Part shown: one piece after another, positions 48,845 to 58,266 of the stretch
Layout of the letters: every line of letters begins with the position of its first letter
Position numbering within the stretch: the stretch's first letter is position 1
DNA from: an uncultured Acidobacteriaceae bacterium
GTDB taxonomy: Bacteria; Acidobacteriota; Terriglobia; Terriglobales; Acidobacteriaceae
Reading direction: 5' to 3'
NCBI GenBank assembly: GCA_963750245.1
Contig: CAVVQB010000009.1
Location: 160 to 64,159 of the forward strand
DNA length: 64,000 bases
Position numbers and translations under genes: made by a program
Notes under the pieces: generated by a model
The model's input: the letters and a program-made list of their open reading frames with translations, nothing else
Database searches by the model: none
What the model was told of the DNA's origin: nothing

Positions 48845-49621
48845 ATGCTGCGAATCGATGCTCCGGAGATTCTCGATTCTGACGCCTGCTCGCCTGCAGA
48901 TGCGCAGGCCGTGCTGGAGGCGATCGAGCGCGTCAATCGATGGTTCGGCGGGATCGCCACTACGCAGAAGATGGTGGAAGGAGTGGCTCGCGCGAGCGGA
49001 TCAAATCGCTTCTCTCTCCTGGAGGTTGCCGGCGGGCTGGGCAAAGTTCCGCGGATGGCGCGAGAGAATCTGGCGCGACGCGGCATCACGCTGGGCGTTA
49101 CCCTGCTGGACATCGCGGCCTCGCATCTGCATGGTGGAAATTCCTCCTCGAATCACAGCGGAGGAAATCAGGGTGTGGTGGCCGACGCACTCGCTCTACC
49201 GTTTGCCGATGGGGCATTCGACCTCGTCAGTTGCAATCTTTTTGCGCACCATCTGGAGCCGCGGCGGTTGCAGCAATTCATGCGCGAAGGTCTAAGGGTG
49301 AGCCGGTGCGCGCTGCTGATCAATGATCTTGTGCGGCATCCAATGCATCTGGCTTTGGCGTACGCAGGCTATCCGATTATCCGCAACCGGGTGGCGTGGC
49401 TGGATGGGCTGACCTCGGTGCGACGCGCATACACGCCCGCCGAAATTCGAAGCATGCTGGCCGACGATTCGTTCGCCCGCGATATCCGCACGAGTGGAGA
49501 TTTCGCGGCACTTCCTTTTTCGCATGGGGGTGATTGTTTGGAAGAATGCGGGCGCAGAGAAGGCCTAGCTAACGGACGACCAGCACTTCGCGAACATTAT
49601 CGCGAGCGAGAAAGAATTTGA
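48845..49621 (+). CDS. Class I SAM-dependent methyltransferase. The 3' end is probably frameshifted, and the corrected stop would be at 49565-49567.
   Basis: 'LLEVAGGLG', 'ALPFADGAFDLVSCNLFAHHL' and 'LLINDL'. The last ~45 aa of the ORF are atypical, whereas the +1 frame reads '..ISARVEISRHFLFRMGVIVWKNAGAEKA*'. Confidence 0.75.
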   Translation: MLRIDAPEILDSDACSPADAQAVLEAIERVNRWFGGIATTQKMVEGVARASGSNRFSLLEVAGGLGKVPRMARENLARRGITLGVTLLDIAASHLHGGNSSSNHSGGNQGVVADALALPFADGAFDLVSCNLFAHHLEPRRLQQFMREGLRVSRCALLINDLVRHPMHLALAYAGYPIIRNRVAWLDGLTSVRRAYTPAEIRSMLADDSFARDIRTSGDFAALPFSHGGDCLEECGRREGLANGRPALREHYRERERI

Positions 49622-50285
49622 TGGAAGCAAAGTCGCGGAAAAGATTTTCGATGTGACGGTTGTTAAACACGCGTTGTAACTGGAAGCCATCCGAAACGGC
49701 AGTGTGCACGGCGCCCGTGGGACCACGGCGGGCTTCGCGGCGCAGCACAATTTTTTGCATTTCGAGCAGGTCCGCGCCGACGATGTGGAAGCGGTGGCAG
49801 GGCGCATCGGGGCCGGCATCGCGGGTATGGAAGAACGCCAACAGCATGCCTCCCGGCTTCAGCACCGACCAGAGGCGTCCAACCACCGGCTTCACCAGAC
49901 TTTCATCGAGATAGTCGGGCAGATTCCAGCAAAATACGACGTCGAAGTGAGCTGCGGGATAAACCAGGTTGTCAGCAAGAAATTTTCGGCTGTCGAGGAT
50001 CGCATTTCCCTGCTCGTCTTTGGTGAGCAGCTCGGGGTCGGTGGAGGCGGTGAGCAAGTCCTCGCTGTAAATTCTGTGGCCGTGTTCGGTGAAGTGGCGG
50101 ATGTTGGTGGGAGAGGTCGATCCGAGATCAAGCACGCACAGGTTTCCGGCCGATTCCCAGGAGCGCGACAGTTCACCCAGCCCGCTGGAGCGGCGGGTAA
50201 GTTTTTGCGAGCCCTGCGCCGGGATGGTCTCCGGTCCGGATGAACCCCGAAAAAGTTTCATGAAATTCTGCGAGACAGACGACAA
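49569..50285 (-). CDS. Class I SAM-dependent methyltransferase
   Basis: 'VLDLGSTSPTN' is motif I-like. 'FDVVFCWNLPDYL' and 'LKPGGMLLAFFH' also match. Confidence 0.75.
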   Translation of the reverse strand: MSSVSQNFMKLFRGSSGPETIPAQGSQKLTRRSSGLGELSRSWESAGNLCVLDLGSTSPTNIRHFTEHGHRIYSEDLLTASTDPELLTKDEQGNAILDSRKFLADNLVYPAAHFDVVFCWNLPDYLDESLVKPVVGRLWSVLKPGGMLLAFFHTRDAGPDAPCHRFHIVGADLLEMQKIVLRREARRGPTGAVHTAVSDGFQLQRVFNNRHIENLFRDFASIKFFLARDNVREVLVVR

Positions 50286-50342
50286 TTCACTTCCTAACTT
50301 TGATTCATCCTACTCAGCTTGCGCAATGCCATCCGGTTGCCA

Positions 50343-50711
50343 CTACTTCCCATCGGCGCGGTGGATATCGACCTTGCCTTTCAGGAAAGCGCCTTCTTCA
50401 ATGGAAATGCGCTGCGCCGTGATATCTCCGTTCACGACGGCGGATTTACGCAGGTCCACCCGATCGCTGGCCTGAATGTTTCCGTCCAGTTTTCCCTGCA
50501 CGACGATGGCTTTGGCGTCGATGCTTGCCTTGACCTGGCCGTTGGGACCCACTGTAAGACTATTGCCCTTCAAGGCGATGCTGCCCTCAACCAGGCCGTC
50601 CAGATAGAGGTCTTCGCTGCCCGAAAGCTCGCCTTTAATAACTACCGATTTACCGATTTGTGCCAAACCACTAGCCGGTGTGCTCATGGACGCGCTCTCC
50701 TGGTTCCTCAA
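50343..50711 (-). CDS. Bactofilin (polymer-forming cytoskeletal protein)
   Basis: Beta-helical repeats 'VVIKGELSGSEDLYLDGLVEGSIALKGNSLTVGPNGQVKASIDAKAIVVQGKLDGNIQASDRVDLRKSAVVNGDI'. Confidence 0.88.
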   Translation of the reverse strand: MRNQESASMSTPASGLAQIGKSVVIKGELSGSEDLYLDGLVEGSIALKGNSLTVGPNGQVKASIDAKAIVVQGKLDGNIQASDRVDLRKSAVVNGDITAQRISIEEGAFLKGKVDIHRADGK

Positions 50712-50944
50712 GACTGTTCGATTAAGAGTAGTTCAACAGGATCATTGCAGCAAGATCACTGCGAGGTTCACTGCGAAATCAGCATTTATGCGAGGATGCC
50801 GCAAACTCAGGCCCTCCAACGACTATACGCAAGGCACGGAGCGCGCGGCAAGCCTCGGCTGGGGTGGCCGAAATACTCACTTCCCTGTAGAGATCGGCCA
50901 CGATCAAATTGTTACACTAAAAGCATGAGCAGTTTGGGGCGGAT

Positions 50945-51880
50945 ATGACTGGTTATCGTCAGCTGGCTTCACGAAAGGCCGTTGCGGTTTGGCGGACCGC
51001 ACTAGTGGGGTGCATTTGCATTGCATCCATGGCGCAAACGAAGTCTGCCGCCGATATGGATCCATCTTCGTGTCTGGCGCTGGTGCGGTTTTCGGTTGCC
51101 AATGAAGTCGCGGCCAGCAACGACAATTCGAAACACCTGTTCCGCTCGCGCAAGGAGACCCCGCAGGGCTCCCAGACCCGGTTATACGTGGAGACGCGGG
51201 ACGCCATGGCCGGCATGACCATTGCCTACAACGACAAGCCGCTTACCGCAGACCAAATGGAAGGCGAGAAAAATCGATTGGCGGGCCTGATGAGCAATCC
51301 CGAGCAGCTTCGGCGCAAACATTCGCAGGAACAAGAGAATGCCGACCGGACGCTTCGCATCGTGAAGGCGTTGCCCAACGCTTTTCTCTACCAGTACGAC
51401 GGCGAGGAGACCGGTACGACTGCGTTGGGCGAGCCGGGAGTTCGCTTGGTACGCTTAAAATTCACACCGAACCCTGCTTATCAGCCGCCGTCTCATGTGG
51501 AACAAGTCCTCGACGGGATGCAAGGAGTTCTCGTGGTCGATCCGGCGGCCCGCAGGATCGCGCTGATCGACGGTACTTTGTTCAGAGAAGTGGGCTTTGG
51601 CTGGGGAATTCTCGGGCACCTCGACAAGGGTGGACATTTTCTGGTGGAGCAGCGTGACGTGGGAAATAGTTGGGAAATCTCCCGCATGTCCCTGAGCATC
51701 ACGGGGAAGATTCTCTTGTTCAAGAGTCTTTCGTATAAATCGGATGAAGTGTTCAGCGACTTCCGCAGTGTTCCTGCGGACACCACGTTCGCTCAGGGAG
51801 TGCAGATGTTGACGGAGGAAGCGAAGTTCGCGCAGAGCCGCTCGTCCGAGACTCTAAAGAGCCAGGGCCCCTCGCAGTAG
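50945..51880 (+). CDS. Hypothetical secreted protein
   Basis: A 311-aa ORF with an N-terminal hydrophobic segment 'VAVWRTALVGCICIASMAQT'. I recognise no family. Confidence 0.5.
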   Translation: MTGYRQLASRKAVAVWRTALVGCICIASMAQTKSAADMDPSSCLALVRFSVANEVAASNDNSKHLFRSRKETPQGSQTRLYVETRDAMAGMTIAYNDKPLTADQMEGEKNRLAGLMSNPEQLRRKHSQEQENADRTLRIVKALPNAFLYQYDGEETGTTALGEPGVRLVRLKFTPNPAYQPPSHVEQVLDGMQGVLVVDPAARRIALIDGTLFREVGFGWGILGHLDKGGHFLVEQRDVGNSWEISRMSLSITGKILLFKSLSYKSDEVFSDFRSVPADTTFAQGVQMLTEEAKFAQSRSSETLKSQGPSQ

Positions 51881-51902
51881 TCCTGTTCAACTCTCGCGCC
51901 TG

Positions 51903-53018
51903 TCACGCGGCCGCGCGAATCGTTTCCTTCCTGACGGTCAACTTTTCGATGAGATCTTCGTTGATGCGGTAGCCCGTCCCCGGCTGATCACTGATCGCAA
52001 TCATGCCTTGCGGGGAAACCCGCACCTCCGGTTCAATGATGTCCTCTTTCCAGTAGCGCTTGGAGGCGGAAACGTCTCCCGGCAGATGGAAATTCTCGAG
52101 CGTAGACAGGGCGATGTTGTGGGAGCGGCCGATGCCCGATTCGAGCATGCCGCCGCACCAGACGGGGATTTTTTGCGACTGGCAGATGTCATGGATTTTC
52201 TTGGCTTCGGTAAATCCGCCCACGCGGCCGACTTTGATGTTGATGATACGGCAGGCGCCAGTCTCAAAGGCAACGGCTGCGGCGCGGGCGCTGACGATCG
52301 ACTCATCGAGGCAAATGGCGGTGCGCAGTTCTTTTTGCAGGCGGGCGTGGTAGAAGATGTCGTCATCCCATAGCGGTTGTTCGATCATCAGCAAATTGAA
52401 CTGATCGAAGGTGCGAAGGTGCTCGATCTGGTCGAGCGCGTAGGCAGAGTTGGCGTCGCAGCTGAGCGTGATGTCGGCCCAGCGGTGGCGGATCTTCTCC
52501 AACACGTTGACGTCCCAGCCGGGTTTTACTTTTACCTTGATTCGCCGATAGCCAGAGGCCAGCTCGGTCTGGATTTTTTCGAGCAACTGCTCGACCGAGT
52601 CCTGAATGCCGATGGAGACGCCGCACGGGATTTCCCGCCTTGTGCCGCCCAGCAGCTTCCATAGCGGGAGATTTTTCTGTTTCGCTTCGGCATCCCACAA
52701 GGCATTTTCGACCGCGGCTTTGGCCATGCGGTGGCCGCGAACCCGGGAGAAAAGAGCCGCGCAATCGCGGCCGGATGCGACGTTGCGACCGAAGAGGGCG
52801 GGAGCAAGGTAACGGGTGATCGTGGGCCAGCTGCTCTCGATCCACTCGCTACTGTAGAAAGGATCTTCGCCGGCGACGCACTCGCCCCAGCCGTCCACTC
52901 CGTCGCAGTGGGCGGTGACCAGCAAGATGCGGCGGCTGTAAGTGCGTCCAAAGCTCGTCTCGAAGAAATGGACGAGCGGCATTCGGATCTCGCGGAGGGT
53001 GAGGGCTTCGATCTTCAT
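51903..53018 (-). CDS. Enolase-superfamily MLE-subgroup enzyme: o-succinylbenzoate synthase / N-succinylamino-acid racemase
   Basis: 'MKIEALTLREIRMPLVHFFETSFG...DGWGEC', 'IKVKVKPGWD', 'MIEQPL' and 'ICLDES' are the metal-ligand and general-base segments of OSBS/NSAR. No men genes are adjacent. Confidence 0.75.
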   Translation of the reverse strand: MKIEALTLREIRMPLVHFFETSFGRTYSRRILLVTAHCDGVDGWGECVAGEDPFYSSEWIESSWPTITRYLAPALFGRNVASGRDCAALFSRVRGHRMAKAAVENALWDAEAKQKNLPLWKLLGGTRREIPCGVSIGIQDSVEQLLEKIQTELASGYRRIKVKVKPGWDVNVLEKIRHRWADITLSCDANSAYALDQIEHLRTFDQFNLLMIEQPLWDDDIFYHARLQKELRTAICLDESIVSARAAAVAFETGACRIINIKVGRVGGFTEAKKIHDICQSQKIPVWCGGMLESGIGRSHNIALSTLENFHLPGDVSASKRYWKEDIIEPEVRVSPQGMIAISDQPGTGYRINEDLIEKLTVRKETIRAAA

Positions 53019-53061
53019 AGTTCCGAATATCCAGTGCCTGGTACCCAGTACCTAGTGCCAA

Positions 53062-53835
53062 TCACTCTTGCGACGCGTACGACCATTTTTCGTCCCAGTC
53101 GCCGAGTAGAAATTTGCCGTTACCTTCGGGGTCGCGTTCGTAGCCCAACACGGCGAGTTCGTTGTTAAATGCTTCAAGAAATTGCTCGCGGTTGTGCTCC
53201 TGCAACTGCTGCGCCTTGCTCCTCGTTTCCGCGGCGGCCTTCCAGTCGTAAATCTCGGCCGGAACGGCAATCGTTCTCTCCTGCTTAAATGGCGGAATTT
53301 TTCCGGCCGCCAGCAAGGTTTCGACACGCCGCGACTTCAGCCACCATTCGGCAATCAGACGATCACTGGCCAGTCCGCCTTGCAGCGGCGATGACGTGAT
53401 GCCGTACTGATTGATGTTGTAGCGGCGCGCAATGGCGCCCAGTTTTTCGATGTTCAAATAAGCGTTCTTGATCTCGAGAGGATCGAAGGTCCATTCGATC
53501 AGCTCGATGCCGCGGGCCAGTGCGTCTTCGCGCTGCAGCAGCTTCAGGCGGCGGCCCAATCCGCTGTTGCGGTACTCCTGGCGGACGGCGAGCATGTGGG
53601 AGTGAAGATAAATGTGGCCGGTACGCGTGCCTGGAACCGAAAGCGCAAAGCCGACCATTTCGGCGCCAGCGAAAGCTCCCATCACCTGGCCGCCAACTTT
53701 CTCGGCCACGACGAACATGCGGAGCGGCACCAGTTCCGCGTCGGTGAAATTCCAGATTTCTTTTTGAAGGGCGACACAGGTACGCAACTCGTCGATGCCC
53801 TGGCAGCGGCGGATGACGACGGCGTCCGGGGTCAA
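53062..53835 (-). CDS. GNAT-fold acyltransferase-like protein
   Basis: 'HMLAVRQEYRNSGLGRRLKLLQREDALARGIELIEWTFDPL' is a GNAT acyl-CoA-binding-type segment. The TTG at 53835 follows AGGAG by 8 nt and overlaps the mazG stop (TTGA). The ORF is open to 53868. Confidence 0.6.
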   Translation of the reverse strand: MTPDAVVIRRCQGIDELRTCVALQKEIWNFTDAELVPLRMFVVAEKVGGQVMGAFAGAEMVGFALSVPGTRTGHIYLHSHMLAVRQEYRNSGLGRRLKLLQREDALARGIELIEWTFDPLEIKNAYLNIEKLGAIARRYNINQYGITSSPLQGGLASDRLIAEWWLKSRRVETLLAAGKIPPFKQERTIAVPAEIYDWKAAAETRSKAQQLQEHNREQFLEAFNNELAVLGYERDPEGNGKFLLGDWDEKWSYASQE

Positions 53836-54737
53836 GCTGATTTCTCCTGCTGCTTGGCCTGTTGCCACAGGGATTCGAGTTCATCCATCGAAGCTTGGTC
53901 GAGAGTGCTTCCGTTTTCGTGAAGGCGATGCTCCATCCATTGAAAGCGGCGGCGGAACTTGCGGTTGGTCTTGCGCAGGGCGGATTCAGGATCGACCGAG
54001 AGATAGCGGGCGATGTTGACCAGCACGAAAAAAAGATCGCCGACCTCTTCTTCCAGCTGGAGTCGCAGATTCTCCGGAACGGTCTGCCTCCCGGAGCCGG
54101 CGATGCCGCGGCCTTGCGGGCGCGGCCCGGGCGCGGGAAATTCCTGCAGATGTTCGCGGAGTTCGGCCGTCTCTTCGCCAAGTTTGTCGAACAGGCCCTC
54201 CATGTCGGGCCAGTCGAAGCCAACTTGTGCCGCGCGGGAACTGAGCTTATGCGCTTCCAACAGGGACGGCATCGACGAAGAAATGCCAGCGAGAATCGAT
54301 ACGGGAGCGGATGCCTTCGCGTCGTCAACTGCGTCTGCGTTGTTGGTGAAGCGCTTTTTTCTTTCTTCGGTCTTCAGAGCTTCCCAGTTGCGCTTTACAT
54401 CGGCGGCGGTGTCGGCTTTCGTATCACCAAAAACGTGAGGATGGCGGTTCACCAGTTTGCTAGAGAGACGATCGAGAACGTCATCAATGGAGAACCTCCC
54501 CTGCTCTTTGGCCATTTCTGAATAGAAGAGCACTTGCAGCAGAAGGTCGCCGAGTTCGCCGGGAAGCTCGTTCCAGTCACGATTATCGATGGCTTCGAGA
54601 ACCTCGTACGTCTCTTCGAGCGTGTAGGGCTTGATGGAATCGAAAGTCTGTTCGCGATCCCAGGGACAGCCTCCGGGAGCCCGCAGTCGCTCCATGATGG
54701 CGACCGCGCGTTCGAAACGTTCACCCGTCGTGGACAT
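53832..54737 (-). CDS. mazG: Nucleoside triphosphate pyrophosphohydrolase MazG
   Basis: 'GGCPWDREQTFDSIKPYTLEETYEVLEAI' and a second repeat 'LEEEVGDLFFVLVNIARYL'. ATG at 54737. The ORF is open to 54923. Confidence 0.88.
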   Translation of the reverse strand: MSTTGERFERAVAIMERLRAPGGCPWDREQTFDSIKPYTLEETYEVLEAIDNRDWNELPGELGDLLLQVLFYSEMAKEQGRFSIDDVLDRLSSKLVNRHPHVFGDTKADTAADVKRNWEALKTEERKKRFTNNADAVDDAKASAPVSILAGISSSMPSLLEAHKLSSRAAQVGFDWPDMEGLFDKLGEETAELREHLQEFPAPGPRPQGRGIAGSGRQTVPENLRLQLEEEVGDLFFVLVNIARYLSVDPESALRKTNRKFRRRFQWMEHRLHENGSTLDQASMDELESLWQQAKQQEKSA

Positions 54738-55024
54738 TGGCAACCACTTTAAATGAGCCGCTGCACTACGAGCAATTCGCGTTGGAAAGAGTGCAAGGTT
54801 GCATAAATCGAGGCCGGGACGAGATACCGGCCCGGTCGCATGGAGAGCGGCCGGTAGTTTGTTGATTCTAAAACTTTCCTGCGGGCCACACCCACTTTCG
54901 GTCAGGCAAGTTTGCAGCACCAAGGTGACCTATTCGTTGCCAACTGCTCGATGCACACTCTACCGGTCGCAGTGTATGCGCGCGAACCTGCACTTTTAGT
55001 AACCTAACTTAGGGTTACTCTGGT

Positions 55025-56683
55025 GTGGCATCCACCTTTATGGTATTAACAGCAAATCCCCGGGCCAGCCTGGATGGCCAGCACTTTCACGTGGTGGTGA
55101 TTGGCGGCGGCATCAATGGCGTGGCCGTAGCGCGAGAGTGCGCGCGCGCAGGCAAATCCACGCTACTGGTGGAGCAGAATGACTTCGCATCGGGAGTAAC
55201 AAGCCGCTCGACGCGAATCATCCACGGCGGACTGCGTTACCTCGAGCACGGCGAATTAAGCCTGGTGCGGGAGTCGCTGCGAGACCGGGAGAAACTGCTT
55301 CGGGAAAAATCTCATCTGGTTCATCCCTTGCACTTTCTGCTACTGCTGAACGAAAACAGCGGACGCAACGCCATGACCGTGCGCGTGGGACTGTGGCTCT
55401 ACCAGCGCATGGCAGGGAAAGCGCCGAGCGCCGGCGCTACCGAGATCGAGTTGAAACAACTGGAGCGAGCGCTGGACGCGGGACATCGCTGGACCATTTT
55501 CAATTATGAAGATGCGCAGTGCGAATTTCCGGAACGGCTGGTCGCGGAATGGCTGATGGAAGCGGTAGAAGCCGGAGCGGTGGTCCGCAATCACATGGAA
55601 GCGCTTGCGGTGAACGTGGCTCACGGACGCATTCACGGAGTGCTGCTGCGGGATCAGATTACGGGCCGGGATGAACGCGTCGATGCAAGCTGGGTGATCA
55701 ACTGCAGTGGACCGTGGGCCGATCGAGTTTGCCAACGCTCGTCGATTCGCACGACCAAACCGATGCTGGGCGGAGTTCGCGGATCCCACATTGTCCTGCC
55801 GCGGTTTTCGGGCTCACCCTCTGCATCGATCTACACCGAGGCGGCGGATGGACGCCCGATTTTTGTTCTTCCCTGGAACGATCAGGTTCTGGTGGGCACA
55901 ACTGAAGTTGCCGACAGCGGCGATCCGGGAGAAACAGTTCCCTCGGCGGACGAAGTTCACTATCTGGCGCGTTCGGTTGCGCAACTGTTTCCGAAGGCAA
56001 AGATTTCGGCACAGAACGTAAAGCACGCGTTTGCTGGAATCCGGCCGTTGCCCTATTCTCCGGGGAATCAACCTTCGGCGATCACGCGGCGGCACATCCT
56101 GCACGATCATGCCGACGAAGGCGCGGCGCGGATGATTTCCGTGATCGGCGGCAAACTCACGACAGCGGCTTCGCTGGCCCGCGACTGTGCGCGGAAGATC
56201 GGATTCCCGGCCGCGGAAGCGGGCACCATCGCAACGGCGCCCGGGCATGCGCTCGATCCCATGCTGGACGAGGCGGTCTTGGAGATTGCACGGATTGGAG
56301 CGGTGAGCGAAGAATCGGCGCGAGGGATGCTGGAGTGGCACGGCAAGCGCGCGGCAGATATAGCTCGCATGGCGCTGGTGAGTGCGGAATTACGTGCGCC
56401 GATTTGTCCGCACTCTTCGCACGTGATCGCGGAGGTGGTGGAAGCTTATCGCAGAGAGTATGCGGTGACGCTGGCGGACGTGCTGCTACGCCGGGTACCG
56501 GTGGCCCTGGGCGCATGCTGGTCCGAATCGTGCAGCCGCGAGGCGGCGTTGCGCATCGGCGCAGTTCTGGGCTGGAATGACCATACGATGGGCGCCAACC
56601 TGGAAGCTTTTGAGACGGAGCGTTCGGCTTTCTTGCGGCCCGCGCCGAAAACAGAAGCGGCGCTCGAGGCTGCCGCAGATTGA
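55025..56683 (+). CDS. glpD: FAD-dependent glycerol-3-phosphate dehydrogenase
   Basis: 'VVVIGGGINGVAVARECARAG', 'SRSTRIIHGGLRYLE' and 'GGKLTT'. GTG at 55025 or ATG at 55040. Confidence 0.88.
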   Translation: MASTFMVLTANPRASLDGQHFHVVVIGGGINGVAVARECARAGKSTLLVEQNDFASGVTSRSTRIIHGGLRYLEHGELSLVRESLRDREKLLREKSHLVHPLHFLLLLNENSGRNAMTVRVGLWLYQRMAGKAPSAGATEIELKQLERALDAGHRWTIFNYEDAQCEFPERLVAEWLMEAVEAGAVVRNHMEALAVNVAHGRIHGVLLRDQITGRDERVDASWVINCSGPWADRVCQRSSIRTTKPMLGGVRGSHIVLPRFSGSPSASIYTEAADGRPIFVLPWNDQVLVGTTEVADSGDPGETVPSADEVHYLARSVAQLFPKAKISAQNVKHAFAGIRPLPYSPGNQPSAITRRHILHDHADEGAARMISVIGGKLTTAASLARDCARKIGFPAAEAGTIATAPGHALDPMLDEAVLEIARIGAVSEESARGMLEWHGKRAADIARMALVSAELRAPICPHSSHVIAEVVEAYRREYAVTLADVLLRRVPVALGACWSESCSREAALRIGAVLGWNDHTMGANLEAFETERSAFLRPAPKTEAALEAAAD

Positions 56684-56686
56684 TGC

Positions 56687-57361
56687 TTATGCCTTATTTT
56701 CGGATTTTGGCCGGCGATTCATGAGGGCAGCGAGGCGCTTGGGATCGTCAGAGACGATACCGTCCACGCCCCACTCAGCAAAACGTTTCATCTCCGAGGT
56801 TGAATTCACAGTCCATACGAATATCTTCCTGCCTGTAGCCTGAAGCTTGCGGATCGTGGGGTGCAGAACGAGGCTGCGATGCGTGATCACATATTGGACC
56901 GGCAAGGTGGACCAGGCCCGGAACTGAGCTGGGGTCTCACAAATCAGGCCGAGCGGAATTGAGCCGTCCATTTTATGGATTGCCTCCAACACTTCCGGAA
57001 GAAATGAAGAAAGCACGTAACCGCGAGCTGGCGGATGTGAACGCAGCGACTCCAGTGTGATGCGTTCCAATCCGGAAACCTTGAGTTCGATGTCGAGGAA
57101 AGCGGTGGTCTGATAGCGTTGAAGCACTTCGTGAAGAAGTGGGAGGCCTAGCCGCTGGGCTGAGGTTTGGGCAACCTCGAGGCCGCGGACATTCGCGTCG
57201 TGGCAGATGACTGGCTGCTTGTCGGCCGACAGCCGAACGTCAAATTCAATGCCATCGCATCCCTGAGCCAGCGCGAAGTCAAACGAATCCAGCGTGTTCT
57301 CGGGAACGGACTTCTCTGCTCTGGCGCCGCGGTGACCAAGAAGCAAGGGGCGAATCGGCAT
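56687..57361 (-). CDS. Glycerophosphodiester phosphodiesterase
   Basis: 'LLGHRGARAEKSVPENTLDSFDFALAQGCDGIEFDVRLSADKQPVICHD' is the GDPD family core. Confidence 0.88.
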   Translation of the reverse strand: MPIRPLLLGHRGARAEKSVPENTLDSFDFALAQGCDGIEFDVRLSADKQPVICHDANVRGLEVAQTSAQRLGLPLLHEVLQRYQTTAFLDIELKVSGLERITLESLRSHPPARGYVLSSFLPEVLEAIHKMDGSIPLGLICETPAQFRAWSTLPVQYVITHRSLVLHPTIRKLQATGRKIFVWTVNSTSEMKRFAEWGVDGIVSDDPKRLAALMNRRPKSENKA

Positions 57362-57382
57362 GGCGATCGATTCTGCCAGGGC

Positions 57383-57703
57383 CTAATCCAAATCGAAGTC
57401 GCGGATGGGCTTGCCCGTGTCTGGCGATTCCTTGGCTTTCTTCACCGCTTCCTGGAATTTCTTTTCCAGAACTTCGGAAGCATGCTTTTGCGCCTCGACC
57501 GATTGCCGGAAGATGGATTCGCGGCGGGTGTCCTGTTCCTTCATGGCGCGGGCGGCGTCCTCCATGTCGTTAAACATGCGCGGCTTCACGGCGGCGGTAT
57601 GCGCAATTACGGAGCGAGTTTCGGTATCCACTTTGAGAAGAGCGCTGCAGCAGGGACAAGTGACTTCGAAAGTTGGGGGATTCTTCGCCATTTTGCGCAT
57701 CAT
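57383..57703 (-). CDS. Small hypothetical protein with an N-terminal Cys cluster and a charged helical tail
   Basis: 'FEVTCPCCSALLKVD' is followed by a Lys/Glu-rich helix. 106 aa. Lies 21 nt upstream of the GDPD gene. Confidence 0.5.
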   Translation of the reverse strand: MMRKMAKNPPTFEVTCPCCSALLKVDTETRSVIAHTAAVKPRMFNDMEDAARAMKEQDTRRESIFRQSVEAQKHASEVLEKKFQEAVKKAKESPDTGKPIRDFDLD

Positions 57704-57725
57704 ACCGCAAAAATGGCCTTGGCGC

Positions 57726-58070
57726 TCAGCGCTGGAGTTTGATGGGGAAGATGCGGAAAACGTTCAAGAGCTCCCATCCCAGAAGAAAAATGGAGAGCAG
57801 GACGATGAGCACCGCCATGAGTTCTCCAAAGGTCAGGCCGCGACGATTGGGCTCGAAGCGACGGCCAGCGAGGCTGAGAATATTGATGGTGGCAAAGCCA
57901 AAGACGACCGCCCAAAGAACGTTGTAGATATCGTTACGACGGTCCGGATGGCGCTGGAACAGCAGAAGCGCCGCGATCACTGGGGCGTGCACGAAGCTGT
58001 AAATGGAGGAGATCGCGAACTTGGTGCGGGCAACGCCTGCAACCACTCGAGTTGTTAGAGGCACAGACAT
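57726..58070 (-). CDS. Small integral membrane protein (3 predicted TM helices)
   Basis: Hydrophobic segments 'FAISSIYSFVHAPVIAALLLF', 'IYNVLWAVVFGFATINILSLA' and 'LMAVLIVLLSIFLLGW'. No family recognised. Confidence 0.5.
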   Translation of the reverse strand: MSVPLTTRVVAGVARTKFAISSIYSFVHAPVIAALLLFQRHPDRRNDIYNVLWAVVFGFATINILSLAGRRFEPNRRGLTFGELMAVLIVLLSIFLLGWELLNVFRIFPIKLQR

Positions 58071-58266
58071 TGCACGCCCAACCTCACGATAGATGAACCT
58101 TCTTCAACGTGCGATGGATTGGATATTACATTTTTTCTTCGAAACGGTCACGGCTGGACCGAAGCGCGGGCATCACCGTTAGCAATGAGGCACCCCCAGG
58201 CTGGAAGCCTCGTGAAGGGTTTGTTTCTGCAATCTGTTGATCGCAAGGTTTCAGTAAGATGAAATC

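Noticed and set aside
53363-54328. 321-aa minus-strand ORF in an alternative frame spanning the GNAT and mazG genes
   Set aside because: It is an Arg/Pro/Ser-rich out-of-frame shadow. The other frames carry clear MazG and GNAT signatures.
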